Source: Leidyana gryllorum EB-2025a (taxonomy: Eukaryota; Protista; Apicomplexa). From it: a stretch of DNA of 64,000 nt. Below are positions 1 to 13,566 of this stretch, piece by piece; position 1 is the stretch's first letter; the number at the start of each line of letters is the position of its first letter. The notes under the pieces were generated by a model. That model was not told the DNA's origin and searched no databases. It saw nothing but the letters and a program-made list of their open reading frames with translations. Position numbers and translations under genes: made by a program. The stretch spans positions 62,001 through 126,000 of the forward strand of contig JBLWGC010000208.1 of NCBI GenBank assembly GCA_048772705.1, written 5' to 3'.

Positions 1-3000
1 GGTCGCGGCTCATCGAGCAGCGATGTGCGGATAACACTCCGACTCGGTAAGCGAACGGGCATAGATTGAAGGAGTGTACTGCTGGCGTCTTCCGCAGAAC
101 GCTTCTTTTTGCCATCTCCGCATTTGCAGCATCCAGTGGCATTCTCGTTCTCATGGGAAGAGGCACCGCCCCAAATATTCTCGTCCAAATCATCCCATTC
201 CATCTCCGCGTTGGGATCCCCGAGATAGAACATACTGGCCGACCCCCGATGGTTGGAGGAAGTCGGTGCTCGACGCCGTACCCCTTCGTCCGTTACATCT
301 TCCACAGAGGAGGACTCTGACAGAGACTCGGAAGAGCTTTCGGCTTCTTTGTCTGTGGCCACATCAGTTCCCGCTTCCGTTCGGTCAGGCTTAGCCTCAT
401 GCGTCATTATGTCGAAGGTCGTCGTGCTGACCCCTCGGGCGAATACCTGTGCGTACCGAGTTTGAATTCGGTCACACTGGGAGTCCGCAGAGAGCATCCT
501 GGTGGCTACGTCCCACGTCGCACCCAATCGAGGCCCAATGGCGAGCCTTCGCGCACGGGCTTCAGAGGTCCAGTGGTACATCCAGAACTCTATCCCTTGC
601 AAGAAGAGCTCTACCTCCAGGCGTGCCTGGTAAAGCGGCCCTTGTTGGGAGACACGAGCGCCGCCACCCGATGACACTTTGCCCTGCTTTCTGACTGGTG
701 TCGGTCCGTTGTCGGGAGAGCCCGCTGCTCGATAGGACAACGGAGGATCTGAATTTCGGACGCCGGATTCCTTGGTGAGAGGCCGGAGCTGGATGTTGAA
801 AGCATCGATGCAAACGGTGGCGAGATCAAATTGAGGGGGTATGGGAACCTCCGGCTCGCTGATTCCAATTTCTAGGGTCCTGCCCGTGGTGGCCTCCAGT
901 TGAGTGGTCCCGAGTGCTTGAGTCCCGACCGGAACCCATCGACAATCCTCATAGCGAGCGTGTGGGCCGAATTCTCGGAGAAAGTTTGGCTGTGGTCCAA
1001 TGGCGGTGGGGGTCTGCAGACCGTTGAGAACGTAATAGAAGCTTTGTCCCACGTTACTGATATCCTCCAGGGCCGTGGGGTCCAATTCTACACGCAGATC
1101 ACTGAGATACAGCTTTCCTGCAGTATAGCTCGGAGAGGAGATTTGGAGACAGAGGAATGGAGGATTCGGCCCGTCGTTTATGGGCGGCACTCTGGTGCTC
1201 CCACGCCTGCTTTCTGCCGCAGCAGCAGCTGTGGGACTGCCTATGGAGCGAGCTCGGCGGAAGTTTGTCCCAGCTGATGCTCTCGGTTCCGCCCGTGATG
1301 TATTCACCGTCATGGGAGTGTGATCTGCAGACCGCAGATTCTCTCCGACCGTATGCGCCGGGGACGCTGGAGCTGTTTCAACAGGCAGAATTACTTCGCA
1401 TTTCCGGGATAATATTGGAAGTTGTTCGCGATCTTCCAGCAATACATCAGCAATTGTAACACGCACCAATGATTTCCCGGGTAAGGTCTGTCCGGGGCCA
1501 TTATGTGTTGCGGTAACAACTGCGCCGCTGGTGAGCATACAGAACGATATGTCGAACAGACGAAGACGCACCACCCTCTGCCACCGCGCATACTGAAAGG
1601 CACTCTTCTTTGATGGGAATATGAAATATCCGGACTTGTTGGCTCCAATGAGTGGAATATGTTCTCCGCGATCGCTGCAGGCTTTGCTGGAGGACAGAGC
1701 AGTCTTCGACATATGTCGCAATGCCCCTCCGTCGGCATCTATTCCCACCCGGGCGCCAATCTCGTCCAGCTGCCAGTGTGCGACATCGACAGTGATCGAG
1801 GGTATGGAAGCTCGCCACAATACTCTATCCGTTTGGTCGTGAGCGTTGCCGATTGTCGAGAGCCAGAAAGCCTCGAATTGTCGTGTGGCTTCATTTGATG
1901 CTCGATAAAGATGATGCATCATCCGTTCGTTTTCAGTCTTCAGGAAGCTCAAACTGCTTCTATCAAGAGTTTCACTCTGCGATCCGCTTGAGGGGACTAA
2001 TTCCCCGTGAATCCTCATCAAAGGACCGTTAACTAGTCGAAGGATCCGGTGGTCCAATGTAGGGCCCCATCTCGCGCCACCGAGACTCAAGTCGCCGTGG
2101 GCAGGGAGAAGACTGACGTTGATGAGGAGGCCAAGACGGAGCGCAGGGGCTTTGTTGGCGTGGCTGCTGAGTGGATCTTTCGATTGAGCAGCTTGAGAAT
2201 GACATAATCCAGACTCAAGTAAACCGAACATGTAGCGTGACACGTCAAGATCCTCTTGGAGTTGGCTATTCCATTGGTCGCCAGGACTCGGGCACATCAT
2301 GCTGGACCCAATCCGATTGCTGGATCCGCATTGTTTGAGTAGTGTACGACCACTGAGAACGAGACGCTGGTTGATGAATGGACGTGGTATCATACACACT
2401 TCAACTTGAGGAATCTGTACACTGAGGACCAACGAGACACCTGCCAGCTTCTTGGCGTAGAATTCATGAGCTTTATTGGGCAATTTATGGCACGCCTGCT
2501 CGCCGCTTCGCATCTGTCCGAGGAGATTCTTAGACTCTTGCCCGCTATCCATATGCGACAGAGACGGGTTGTGCGAAGGAAGCGTTCCCGACACGGTCAT
2601 ATTAGTTTTGGCCGTCTTGGGTGAGAGCGTCTGCTGCGCAGCCTCGGCAGAATCCAGACAGGACTGCATGGCGTTGAGGGCATTTTTGTATACAATGAGC
2701 GCCTGATGCTCGAAAGCCGTCATCGTTGTTCCAAGCCGTACAGCCCCGATCAGCGTCTGCGGGCTGGAATGGGACGGCATGGGCTTCATGGGCGTGGCCG
2801 GACGTCGGAGACAGACAGTGACTGTGAGCCAGGGAGACGCCGTGGCCGTTTGAGACATCATTGCTGTGGCTGGAATGTGGTGTTCTTCGGGCTCAATCTG
2901 GGTGAATATGTCAGGGCAGCCTTGAACGATGGGGGTCAGTAGTGCTCGACAGCCAAAGACGTCCCAGTTCGCAGGAGCGAAGGGGACTGCTGCTGGCGTC

Positions 3001-6000
3001 GCCCGTAAGGTGATATATGTGATATCGCGATTTTTCCCAACCATTGTTGGATCCCAGTACATCCGAGGACGCTCTTGGACGTATTGCCGGGCAAAATGGA
3101 ACCGTGCTGCTGGAGACGTCGTCAGACCGAACTCCCTGGGTCCACCGACGAGGCTGCATTGGCTGCCACTCCACACAACGACGTTCAAGATCTCCAGACA
3201 GACAAACTCTACTTCTGGCAGTGTGATTCTGCTGGGGGTCGCAGACGGCGTGGGGTCGCTATTTCTCGGTGCTTTCTTCCTTTGAGCTCGTTCATCTTTC
3301 GCGTGAATAGTCTGGATCTCCTTATGTAATGCTCGGAGTACAGAATCAGACCATATAGCTTTTCCCGAGACGTCCAGGAGGTGGGCACTGGTATCGGTCG
3401 GGCTTCTCACTGGGGTGTGACTTGGTGGTGAGGCCGCTTCATCAGGTCGTGACGGGAAGCGGATACGTCCGGCGAGGTGAATGCTATCGAAAACCCAACT
3501 GCCTAATAGGAACGTGATGTTCTGAAGCAGCGAAGACTCGAGTTTCGGTATACTGCAGGTGACAGCCATCCGAGACTCCTTCTTGGGCCCGTTCTCCTGA
3601 GTGACCATAACATTCAGCTCAGTGTTGATTCGCAGACAGAGGGAGTCTCCAAACACTATCGCGGCTCTCAGTACAGAGGGAGACTCCAGCACAACATTAA
3701 ATGGTATACCGACTCGGCTGGCGTATCCGACCGATCTCTGGGAAGGGCTGGTGGGGCTCGCAGCTCCTTTGGATGAGATCCTGGGCCCTTCGGTGTCGTG
3801 AGTCTGATCAGATCCGTTGGGTTGTGGGCCCTGGAGTAGAACCACACTGCCTCTTCGAGCCTGTTCCAGCACACGGTGTGGTTCATCTTCTGTTTCTGTC
3901 GGTGGGCCACGGAAGAGCTCAGCGACTTGGTCGATGCTCGCCAGACACGACACATCCCTTTTGGTGGACATCTCACCCTGCACCGAGATCCTCCCCCCTT
4001 GCAGTCGCTTGAGCATATTCTTAGCTTGGGTCAGTCCAGTGGGGGCGGGAGCTTTCTGATCGGCAGCTTTCGGATCGGGCTGGTTGGGCTGCACGGCCTT
4101 CATTGCTTCGAGCCGTTGCGTTCGAGGGCTGTAAGTCAACTCAGCATCTTCACTGGCTACGAGTGAGACGTAGCAGTTTTGAAGGCCGATTGAGAGCTTG
4201 AAAACATTGGCAGTCTTGGTGGGTGGTTGGAGATTACTCGCGCCCGATGAGATTGGGGACGGTGTTGGCGAGGGTGAGGGTGGTGAGGGTGAGGGAGGCA
4301 GTGAGCCAGGTGAAGGCTGGAATAGGTTCGGAGAGTGCAGACTATCGACCATTGCGCCAAGATATGCCGTTTCCGATGCCACGAGTCCGGCTGTTCTCAG
4401 AAAGAAGTCTACATTCCGTGACTGAGCGCTGACGAAAGCCTTGATATAGTCCACGAAGTGTTTCACTTCGGTAATTCGTCGAGGAGACGTGAATAAGAAG
4501 AGACTTCGTACAATTCCACTTATATCGGTCTCTTTGACTCCCTGGGCATTCGAACTCATTTCCATCTGGAACGAAATTTGACTGTGGATACTCTCGACCT
4601 GGGCTTTGATCTCGTTGGTATGTCGTCGTATATATCCAGTCCCCGATGAGGATACCATCGGCGCGAGGTCGTCTTCCAAACTTGCCGCGACTTCTTTCCA
4701 CAGATTAAACTGCTTCGCATCACTCGACTCGCTTTCGGAGCGGAAGATATGCGTATCTCGACTCTCTGACGATCTGAGCATTGAGTTGCTGCGTACAGCT
4801 TTCACATCTTTTGCTGCTGCAACGCGGTCGGAGCCCGGATGATCCGGATCATGGAGAGGGTCGCTGCTAGCAGACCCGATTGGACGGATAGATGGTTCCA
4901 ACGCAATAACGACTGCTTCAGCTTCGCGGGGACTCGAGTGGGTCGGACTTCGGATCGTACTTTGTCCCACGGGTGAAGCGTATGACTTGAGACGGAGGCG
5001 GCTTGCCGAAGGTATCAGCGGCGGATGATTGAGCGTGGGTAACGGGGGCTCGGCTGAGTCAACCGGTGCAGATGTTGTAGCTTGCCGAGAGGTATCGAAG
5101 CTGTTAGTAGACATAGTAACGACCGGCAGCTTGTCCATGACGCTCGGATGCAGGTGGTTGACATTGACTTTGCTCACTCGCGCACACTGCTTGGTCAACA
5201 ATACCTCTCGTAGGTACAGCTGATTGGCCCCTGCAGTCCTCTTGTGAGTGACAGCGGCACCGAATAGCTCTTCCACGGACAATTGCAGCTGCGTTCGGCC
5301 ACTGGCACGCTGGCGCAGGGCCACACTGGGTTCTAGAATACACAGGGTGAAGAAAGTGGTTCCCGATGCATCGAGATGGATCGACAACTGCTTCACCCTA
5401 ACATTCGCGAATGTTTTGATGGGAGAGTCATCGAGCGAGCAAGGCGAGAGACTCCTCAAAACATCCATGGGGACCTGTAAGGGACATTGGAGACGAGCGA
5501 GCTGTAGGAGACGTCACTTACAGCGCTGAGCTGGGGCAGAGCTCTCACAGCTATCGATTTGCGAACTTGGAAGTGGGGGTTGGGGTCGTATCCAAGTCTC
5601 GCAGTTCTGGCAAGATCACGCGGGTTGTTGAACTGTTTCAATCGGGCATCCAGATCTTTGATATTGCAGGAGGCCGTTATGGTTTGGGCTATATCTTTCC
5701 ACATCAATCCCAACAAGAGGACTGCCTCTGATGACAGAACCTCGATGCGGTGCACATCAACTGTGGCAATTTCCAGTCGACCTGCTATGGGAGGCTGGGA
5801 AGCAATAGATATGTGACCTTTGATGAGTGACGACTTGAACTCACCGCTGGTGGAATGGGTTGTTGAGCGAGGAGACGTTTGACCAGAGCTTTCTGGATTC
5901 TGAGGATATGTCTGTATTCTCCTGAGACCTCGCTATCGATCACAACGTTGTCCGCCGCGATAGTCATTGTACGATCAGGGTCGTCAGTCAAGAGAAAGCC

Positions 6001-9000
6001 AGACACACCAATGGTAACGTTAGTGGCTGCAGGTCTGAGTGACCTCAACCGCTGAACTCCTTGTGGTAGGGCGCCTTTCATTGGATCATAGGAGCTAAGG
6101 CCCATCGCTGCAACAGTGGCATCCACTTCGACTCCATATAGAGCAATTCTGGACTTTGGGTATAGAGAAACGCATAAAGAAGGGGCATAAACTTCAGTAG
6201 ACTTGTACATGGAGGTGAGAGAATATCCTTCATTCGTGGAAGTGATCTGTTGAGGGGTTATTGGTGCGTCAACTTCATACAGGAGATCACGGCTTGTGTA
6301 GATCCTGGGAGGAAACTCATTGAGCACTTGGAACAATATATTGAGGGACAGGTAGAGCTGGGGCACAGAGATCTTCAACGTCTTTCGACTCTGATGATGA
6401 GAACGGCAGATATCCACGGCTTCAAGATTGATTGAACAACACTCACCGTTAATTGATTATCTTCTTGAGCTACACACATTGACTTCCTCGGATCCAAAGC
6501 CGACAAAATGTACGGCCGGAACAAAGGGGCATTGAGGACCATCGAGTTGCTCGCCTCGATACCGCAACGGACAAAGGGTACCCCTTTGGCGGATATCTGA
6601 GGCTGTGAGAACTGAGGATCTGCGGCTTTGATGGTCTCTCCAAGGTGTCTGGTCGCCGCCACCGAGTCCTCAAAGTTCCTCAATACCGCTTTTGATGAGG
6701 GATTGATGAGCGATTTCAACTTGGCGCAGGTTTGATCCACCGTACTCGGAGCACAAATTGCCAAACTCGGGGCGAACTCGGGCACCCGGTGTAAGTAGAG
6801 GACGTGCTGTGGCAAGTGTGAGTGCACCCGCGGATGGCGAAAAGCCCGAGACTCCAATGTATCTTCTGGAGAACCCACTGCGATCAAAGAGGTGGACGAG
6901 TATGAGGCAATATCCGAGAGGGCCACATATGTTCCCTTGCGAAATAAGCTCCACTTCTCAATCGACACTCTCATTGAGAAACAGAAAGTGAGACTTGAGA
7001 CCAGCCCGAGGTGTGCATCAAAGTTGCACCGGTTGCGGCCGACCTGCGACGTTGGTGGACAGTGTGCAACACTTTGAACCGTCCCGTGCTCACCTTATTC
7101 GCCTTCGCAGCATCTGTGAATCGCCATAATCCGCTCGATTTAGTGTCTGCCGAGAAGGGAACTAAGGGAGCGGGATACAATCCCTGGATCCCGAAAGGCA
7201 GCGGGCGTCCCAATGGCTTGGGACTGGACCCGAATGCCAATGTGCCCGTGCGAGCGACCGGTATTAACTCCGCTTGCAGGTTCGGGAGGAACATTGACAT
7301 ATGCGATTCCTCCTTGAACCAGTGAATATTGGTCTCGGAACCTGCCGTCTGTGGTTTGCCAGACGTTCCTTCCGTCGGCTGCAGCGGTACGGTCTTTGGC
7401 CCCAGCCATCTGGCATGTTGCTGGAGAGGACTGTGTTTGCGACACGAGGAGACGTCTTTCGCTTACCACATCTTGGGATTCGCCAGCAACCAAATCACTC
7501 ATTTCCAAACCGCCACCTCCACAGAAGGGCAGACCACCCGCTCTCTTCCGCACTCGGGTTCGGCCTTCTGAGTGAACATTGAATTCATCGTCCTCATCTG
7601 GAGTGGGCTGCACCTGTCCACAGCCTGAAAAGTAGTGTACGGCAAAAGATCTTGGTGGCACAGACAACACTTACGGAAGGCAAACACGCCTCGTTTGGGC
7701 AACTTTCGGAGCTTTGGGTCCTGTTGTAACGACTTTTGTTCGAGAAACGATATCATCCACTCACTGCGTGATGCGCTGTCGCTAATTCTTTGATTGGCAT
7801 CAAGTCGCTCATGACGTAGGTTTGCTCCATCTTCTCAATCAGGGTGTCCAATTCCTTGCGTTCTACCTTCTGCGATGACGATGTGGCATGAGATCTCGGA
7901 AAAGAAGTATCTCGTACCTCTGCGGAGTCCAATTGTCGACGTATTAATTCGTAGTATCGCCGTGCGTCGTTGTCGGTCAATACTTGTCGATGACGGGCCC
8001 CGCAACCTTTAGTGAAGGCACCGAAGAACTCGATGTGCTTAATGAACGCGAACAAGGCACCGAACGCTCCGGTGGTGAACACCAGTTTGAGGGGCGGGAG
8101 ATCGCCACCCTCTGCCAGAAGATAATAATGGCAAATCGGTTTCTGTCTCACCAAAGTCGGGCGGTCTGTCAGCTGCAGTTCTCTCGGCATTCGCTTCGCA
8201 AAATCCTATTTGAATCTCGCGAATGCATTCCTCCGACAAATTGTAGACAGACAGCGCTCGCATGTCCCACTTCTTGGTGAATATGTGCACTGGAAAGGGA
8301 CAAAAGTGAGTCATTACCACCACTTTGCGCGCGCTGTCTCGACTCACTGTCAATTCCTTGTGGTGGGGTCAATCGAAACACGAATGGATTCTTCCTCATC
8401 AACGATGCGTCTTTGGAACTCGCAAAGATTCGACGAGCCCTCAAACCTGCTCGGGAAGATTCTCCTTCGTGAGAACTCGAAGGGTCTCCATCTTGACTGA
8501 TGTTAGGAAGCGGTGCCCCATGGGTGGAGTCCTCTTGTAAGAAGCGGGCTATTCGTTTTGGCACGCAATCTGCCTCCCATTGACGCTTTCGCTTCCGATC
8601 AGGTGCCCCTTTCGAGGTTTCGTTGGCATGGGCAGGACTGCCGCCTGTACTACAACTTCCCGGAGTATCGGTCGACGACACTGAGGGAGGTGTCTGTTCA
8701 CTCATCCCTTCGGCAGCAGAATCATCTTCGTCCGCGCTTGAAGGAGGCCCGACACCTCGTAAAAGCGATCGTAAGAGAGCAGCTGCCTTCTCGCGTGCGG
8801 CTACCCGATACCTTGCTTGAGTCTTCTTAATTCTGACTTTCTGAGGAGTTGGACCGGCTGTGAGCCATTTACTCAGCAATTTGAGTCGTCCGCGACAGTT
8901 GCACTGCAGACGCGCTCGACGACGGATGATCGCTTGTGCCCGACGTGGTTTCGCTCGCGGAGAAGGTCGTGTTCGACCGTGTGTTTCCTCACACCGCAAA

Positions 9001-10241
9001 TCTGGACCGTTGGTGGGCGAACTATTCTTGGTGGGGAGATAATCTTCGGCATCACTCATCTCCGTCGCGACTTCCTCAAATAGTGCCGAATTCAGGGGAT
9101 GGATAGAACTTGTGTTAGAGGGGAAGAAAGAATCACTTTCAGAAAGTTGAGCATCAGCCTGAGACCCTTGTTCCCGCTCTTGAGTTGAGCCCTCGCTCCC
9201 CAAAATTCGAGAGCGCAACACTAGTGAGCATTCCTCTAGCAGCTCCTCATACAGAGCATCGAGCTCAGGGGAGAGATATTGAGTCGCATCTTCTTTAGTG
9301 GGTATAGATTCCGATCTCGGTGTGTTTACTGTGTCCTGAGGCGCTTTCGGTCGTCGTTTATCCTTATTGGCCATCAGGAATTCATACACTGCTTTTCTGT
9401 CTGGCATCTTGGGTGAATCGAACTCTTTGTAGGTGAAGTGGAAGCCTAAAAATCGGATCCACATAGCTTGCATCAGATGCCGCTGGAAGGCGTGATGTTC
9501 CCGAGCTGTTCGGAGACAGTATAAGAGTGCATGAAGGAGTGATAGTAATGGGTTACCTGATAGTCTGGAGTCATTGATGGACGGGGAGGATACTCGAATT
9601 TCATCGATGAAGGTTTCGAACGCAAACGGTACTCCCGCAATGTGGTCGTCAACTATTTGTAGATGTATATTCTTGACGGATACGTTGATACAATTGACGA
9701 TTCTGTCAATTGCGTACTGGGTTGAGGGGTGAAACAGTATCTTACTCACTTGGTTCCGAAAGCCTGTCGAATCGACATATCTGCCATACCCTTGGCCAAA
9801 GCTGATCCAAACTTGTTCCAGTATCGCATCTTCTTTGCCTCTTTCTTGATAAATCGTTGTTCCCAATACGCCACATCCCATTCCGACGGGTATAAGAAAC
9901 GCAGACGGATCTGAAGACAAGCAGTTGTTCAGATTGACCACACTCCTCCATATAACTCCTATTACCTCAGCATTTTCTGCTTCAATCCGGATGGGTTCCC
10001 GCCCGTCACCATAGAAGGTGGACCAGGCAAATTGAACGTGAACTGATTCAATGTCCGAGTAGTCCACCACGAACGGCATTTCAGACATTGTCATGATAAC
10101 TTGGGGAAGGGGTACATGAGCAAAACGCAGCTCAGGTCGAGTCCGTAACAGCCGAGAGCTTACCAGCGAGTCCATAGGGTTCCAACTGGACCCTATGTAC
10201 TGCTTCAGCTTCTCGGCTAACTTGTCAAACAGTGCACTCAT
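1..10241 (-). CDS. VPS13: VPS13-like (chorein-N / bridge-like lipid transfer) protein, multi-exon, 3' end beyond window
   Basis: N-terminus resembles Chorein_N (MPFVVDYSDIESVHVQFAWSTFY..EPIRIE; AIDRIVNCINVSVKNIHLQIVDD..PFAF) and RRYYELIRRQL...IEKMEQ segment. GT-AG introns inferred e.g. 8206-8270, 6391-6446, 5475-5521. The frame from 5474 to the window edge was open wherever I translated it, and the track lists no minus ORF in that frame, consistent with run-off. Confidence 0.8.
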
Positions 10242-10345
10242 CTTTGCTCGTGAACCTTCATCACATGCCTACTGGCATCGCATGCTTCTAGGCTAAAAAG
10301 TCGACTTCGCATTTTTCATTGCCCACGAGGCCTCCCACCAGGTAC

Positions 10346-13300
10346 ATGGATTTTGATCGACTTGATTCAGACGACTCAGCATCTGCGAGCGCTGACCCAT
10401 TTGACTCTCCATTCGCCGGAGGAAAGCCGCTACGCGCCTCTGTGTCAACACCTCCGGCCCGCGAGCCTTCCTTCCTTTCCGGTATGACTGCCCAGTCTAG
10501 TCAACGGCCCTGACCAGCCGCCATAGACCGAAAAGGCGATATCGATGACTACGAGTCCGATCCGACCGAGTCACTGGAAGACGACATTGTGGACAGCAGG
10601 CCATGGTTCACACAAAATCCAATCATCTATCTACTCGACATCATATTTGGCAACATATCTTTCATATCGGTGTGGCGCTACCCTGCTGTAGCATTTGCCC
10701 TAAGTATTCAATGGGCTCGAAATGAGCTTTCGCTTCTCAACTTTGCTATCCCCCACTTCATCGTGAGCACAGTGGTAAGTACTCTCTGTCGGCCGCGCGC
10801 TCAGCATCGCAGCGTTGAACCCGTACTTGCGCTCTGTATCGCTGAACTTTGCAGATTACATGGCCACTGCTTGTGGCGGAGATAGGAATGTCACAATGTG
10901 TTCGCGGTTGCGCTCCTCAAACATTTGGATCTTTGGGTGTGCGCTGCCGCTTTGCTGGATTGTCCTGGATACCTGGTGCTTTCTCGTGTATTTTGTACGG
11001 TGCCATCGCCGCTATTACGATGGTTTACGTAATGGAAGCTCCAGGTCGGTATGGCGCCTATCGGAGTGAGATGGCGATGCGTCGAACCTGTACAAATTTG
11101 GGCGAATGGGTGCCATACGTGCAACCGCGAATGTGCTTCCCGGACGAGTCCCGCCTGGACGCTGCGTGTTATGGGGCCACCGCGAATTGCCCATTGTGGG
11201 ATGGTAATGGAAGGTGCATTGCGGTGCCTTGGGGACCGGCTTCTGATCAGCTGTTGGAGAACGCCGAAAACGTTGTGCCGTGGCTTCAAAATGATTTTCC
11301 GATTTACTGCGGCGGCCGCCATCTGCACAATGTTGGATCAAATGATGCCTACGCAGTCGCAACTCGAGAAGCCTTTTGGTCTGATTATGGTGGCTTCTTT
11401 CATTGGCGACTGATTTTCGGCTTTTTGCTGGCCTTCATGCTAGCAGGAGGTATCAGTTATGCTGGTGTCGGCGTGGGTAGTGTAGTACGTATCTCTATTG
11501 GCATATTCGCCACAACCATGATGGTAATCACACTCATGTGTGGCTTTAAGTGGTATGCTGACAATGCACACGTCTCTGCGTCCTGGATGGTACCGCTGAT
11601 GAGCTGGGACCCCAGATCTCTAGGGCGAGTTGAAGTTTGGGCACACGCCATCACTCAGTCGTTGGTGACTTTCAACACCGCTTTAAATGTGGTCCCCCCT
11701 TTCCATGCCAAATCACCTACGGACACCCACAACATAGTGTGGCATAGTTTCCTCATCATGACAGTCAATGGTGTGATCGGTACACTGGCCACGTGGCTGG
11801 TCTATCTGGGATACGCGTGAGATTAAGGCAGATTGTGTGGTGACATGAAAAGTGCCCTTCAGGTCGCTCTCGACTGAGTATTATCCCACAGCGGGAATAA
11901 ATGCCGTGTACGGCTCTGTCGCATTTGACGTTCGAAATTCTGCGATGGGAAATCTTTATACTGTAATGCAGACATTGTTCGACAACTCTTCAAATTTGAA
12001 TGGAGAAAGTCCCCGGCCGCTCTTTCTGGCGATTCTGTTCTGGACCAGTCTTTTCTTGCTGGCTGTGACGACGCTGCATCGATCATTCGACGGTGTCTTG
12101 AATGCATGTTTCACCTCCAGCGCTAACTGGTCGATGGGTTTCCCCCGATGGGCCTGGTTGATAGCTTTGTGTGGGATCTTTATGGGGGTATCGGTATTCT
12201 TCTGGTTTGGAGCCTGTTGGGCAATGACAATCACACTTCAGCACTTTCTCATAAACATTGCCCTACCGGCATTCGCACTGGCAGAAGTATTGGCTATCGG
12301 ATGGTTATTCGGGTGGCGAGTGCGGGCGAAGCACTTCGGGAATCGAGCATTCCTGGCGCAATTCGGCTTATTCTTCTTGGGCGCGCTCATCATGGCAATC
12401 TCACCAGCATACCTCTGGCAGCAGTCGGCATGGAAATTGGTGCTGGCTGAAGCCAGCGGGATCTTTGTTATTGTAACAAGCTTTCTAGTGCCACCCTTAC
12501 TCACAACATCGCATGACGTCTACGGCCGGAAACATACGCAAAGTGAGACTTTCAGAGTGATTCTGTACGGAAGTGTGGAACATTTACGCAAAGAGCTCAA
12601 TTACCGAACTTGTCACGCGTCACGAGTGAGTAACATGTCTCTTTGTCTACATTCCTTGGCATTGGCAGTTCTGGAAATTGAATGTGTTCTGGACCTATTG
12701 GATAAGATATGTGGCTCCGATCGGCCTACTGTTTGCCCTCTTCCCCTTCTTCTCCCGTCTTGATGCCAATATACAATTCTCGGCATATCGCCCCTTTTTC
12801 AATGAGCAAAAGGACATCTTCAACCGGGTTGAGCGAATGCTCCCTGATTTTACCTTTGCGATGCCTTGGGGCATACTCGCTCCCATGATCGCCCTCATTG
12901 GCGTCACAATCCTCCTGCTGCCCGTGATGGCCGTCAAACCATTGGTGAGCTCAACAGTAGCAGCTGTGTCTCACTCACACTGACGCTAGTGGCTGGAGTG
13001 GCTGATCCCCAAAGACACGGACGATCACTTCTGGAATGTGCGGAAGGCTGTGGAGATATTCGCGTCGCACGTGCAAAATAGTCACGTTCCCGTCCGCATC
13101 AACACACCCACCTCCTACATTGGTACTCCCTATCATGGAGCTTCCACCCCTTACGTAGCCGGACCGACTCCCCATGCCTCTAACACCAATTACGGAAAAT
13201 CCGTCTACCAGAAACTCACTCCCACCTCGCCAGGTCGCAGTGATGCAGCAGCATCGGGACGTCGTCATGTCAGCATCAGCACCCCGCCCCATCGTTCCGA

Positions 13301-13388
13301 TTCGACCAAAGGCGAGGAAGAGGAGTCCTTAGGACACTTTTCTCCCAACCCTATCCACTCTGCACTAGATGATCGTTTCATGCTTTAA
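10346..13388 (+). CDS. Neurotransmitter:sodium symporter (NSS/SLC6) family transporter, multi-exon
   Basis: GNISFISVWRYP (cf. GLGNVWRFP), IPHFIVSTV|ITWPLLVAEIGMSQ across intron 10775-10854, ATREAFW, VWAHAITQ, AEVLAIGWLFG, FWTYWIRYVAP; many TM segments. Confidence 0.85.
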
Positions 13389-13566
13389 TATCATAATTTT
13401 ACACCTGTTCCAGGGATGGGCAACTTGTCTACAGGGGACGAACAACCCCTCTCCGCTAATCTACTTGGAATCCATATCATTTAATTTGTATTAGGTGTCA
13501 TGTGGGCACTAACTAACTCAGTCATTCAGTCTATCCGTGTCGGATCGACAACGAACGTTATGGATC

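Noticed and set aside
1-5474. Apparent ORF-poor region suggesting non-coding DNA or an alternative genetic code
   Set aside because: A minus-strand frame reads open to the window edge and was simply not reported for lack of a stop; other ORF breaks are explained by GT-AG introns under the standard code.
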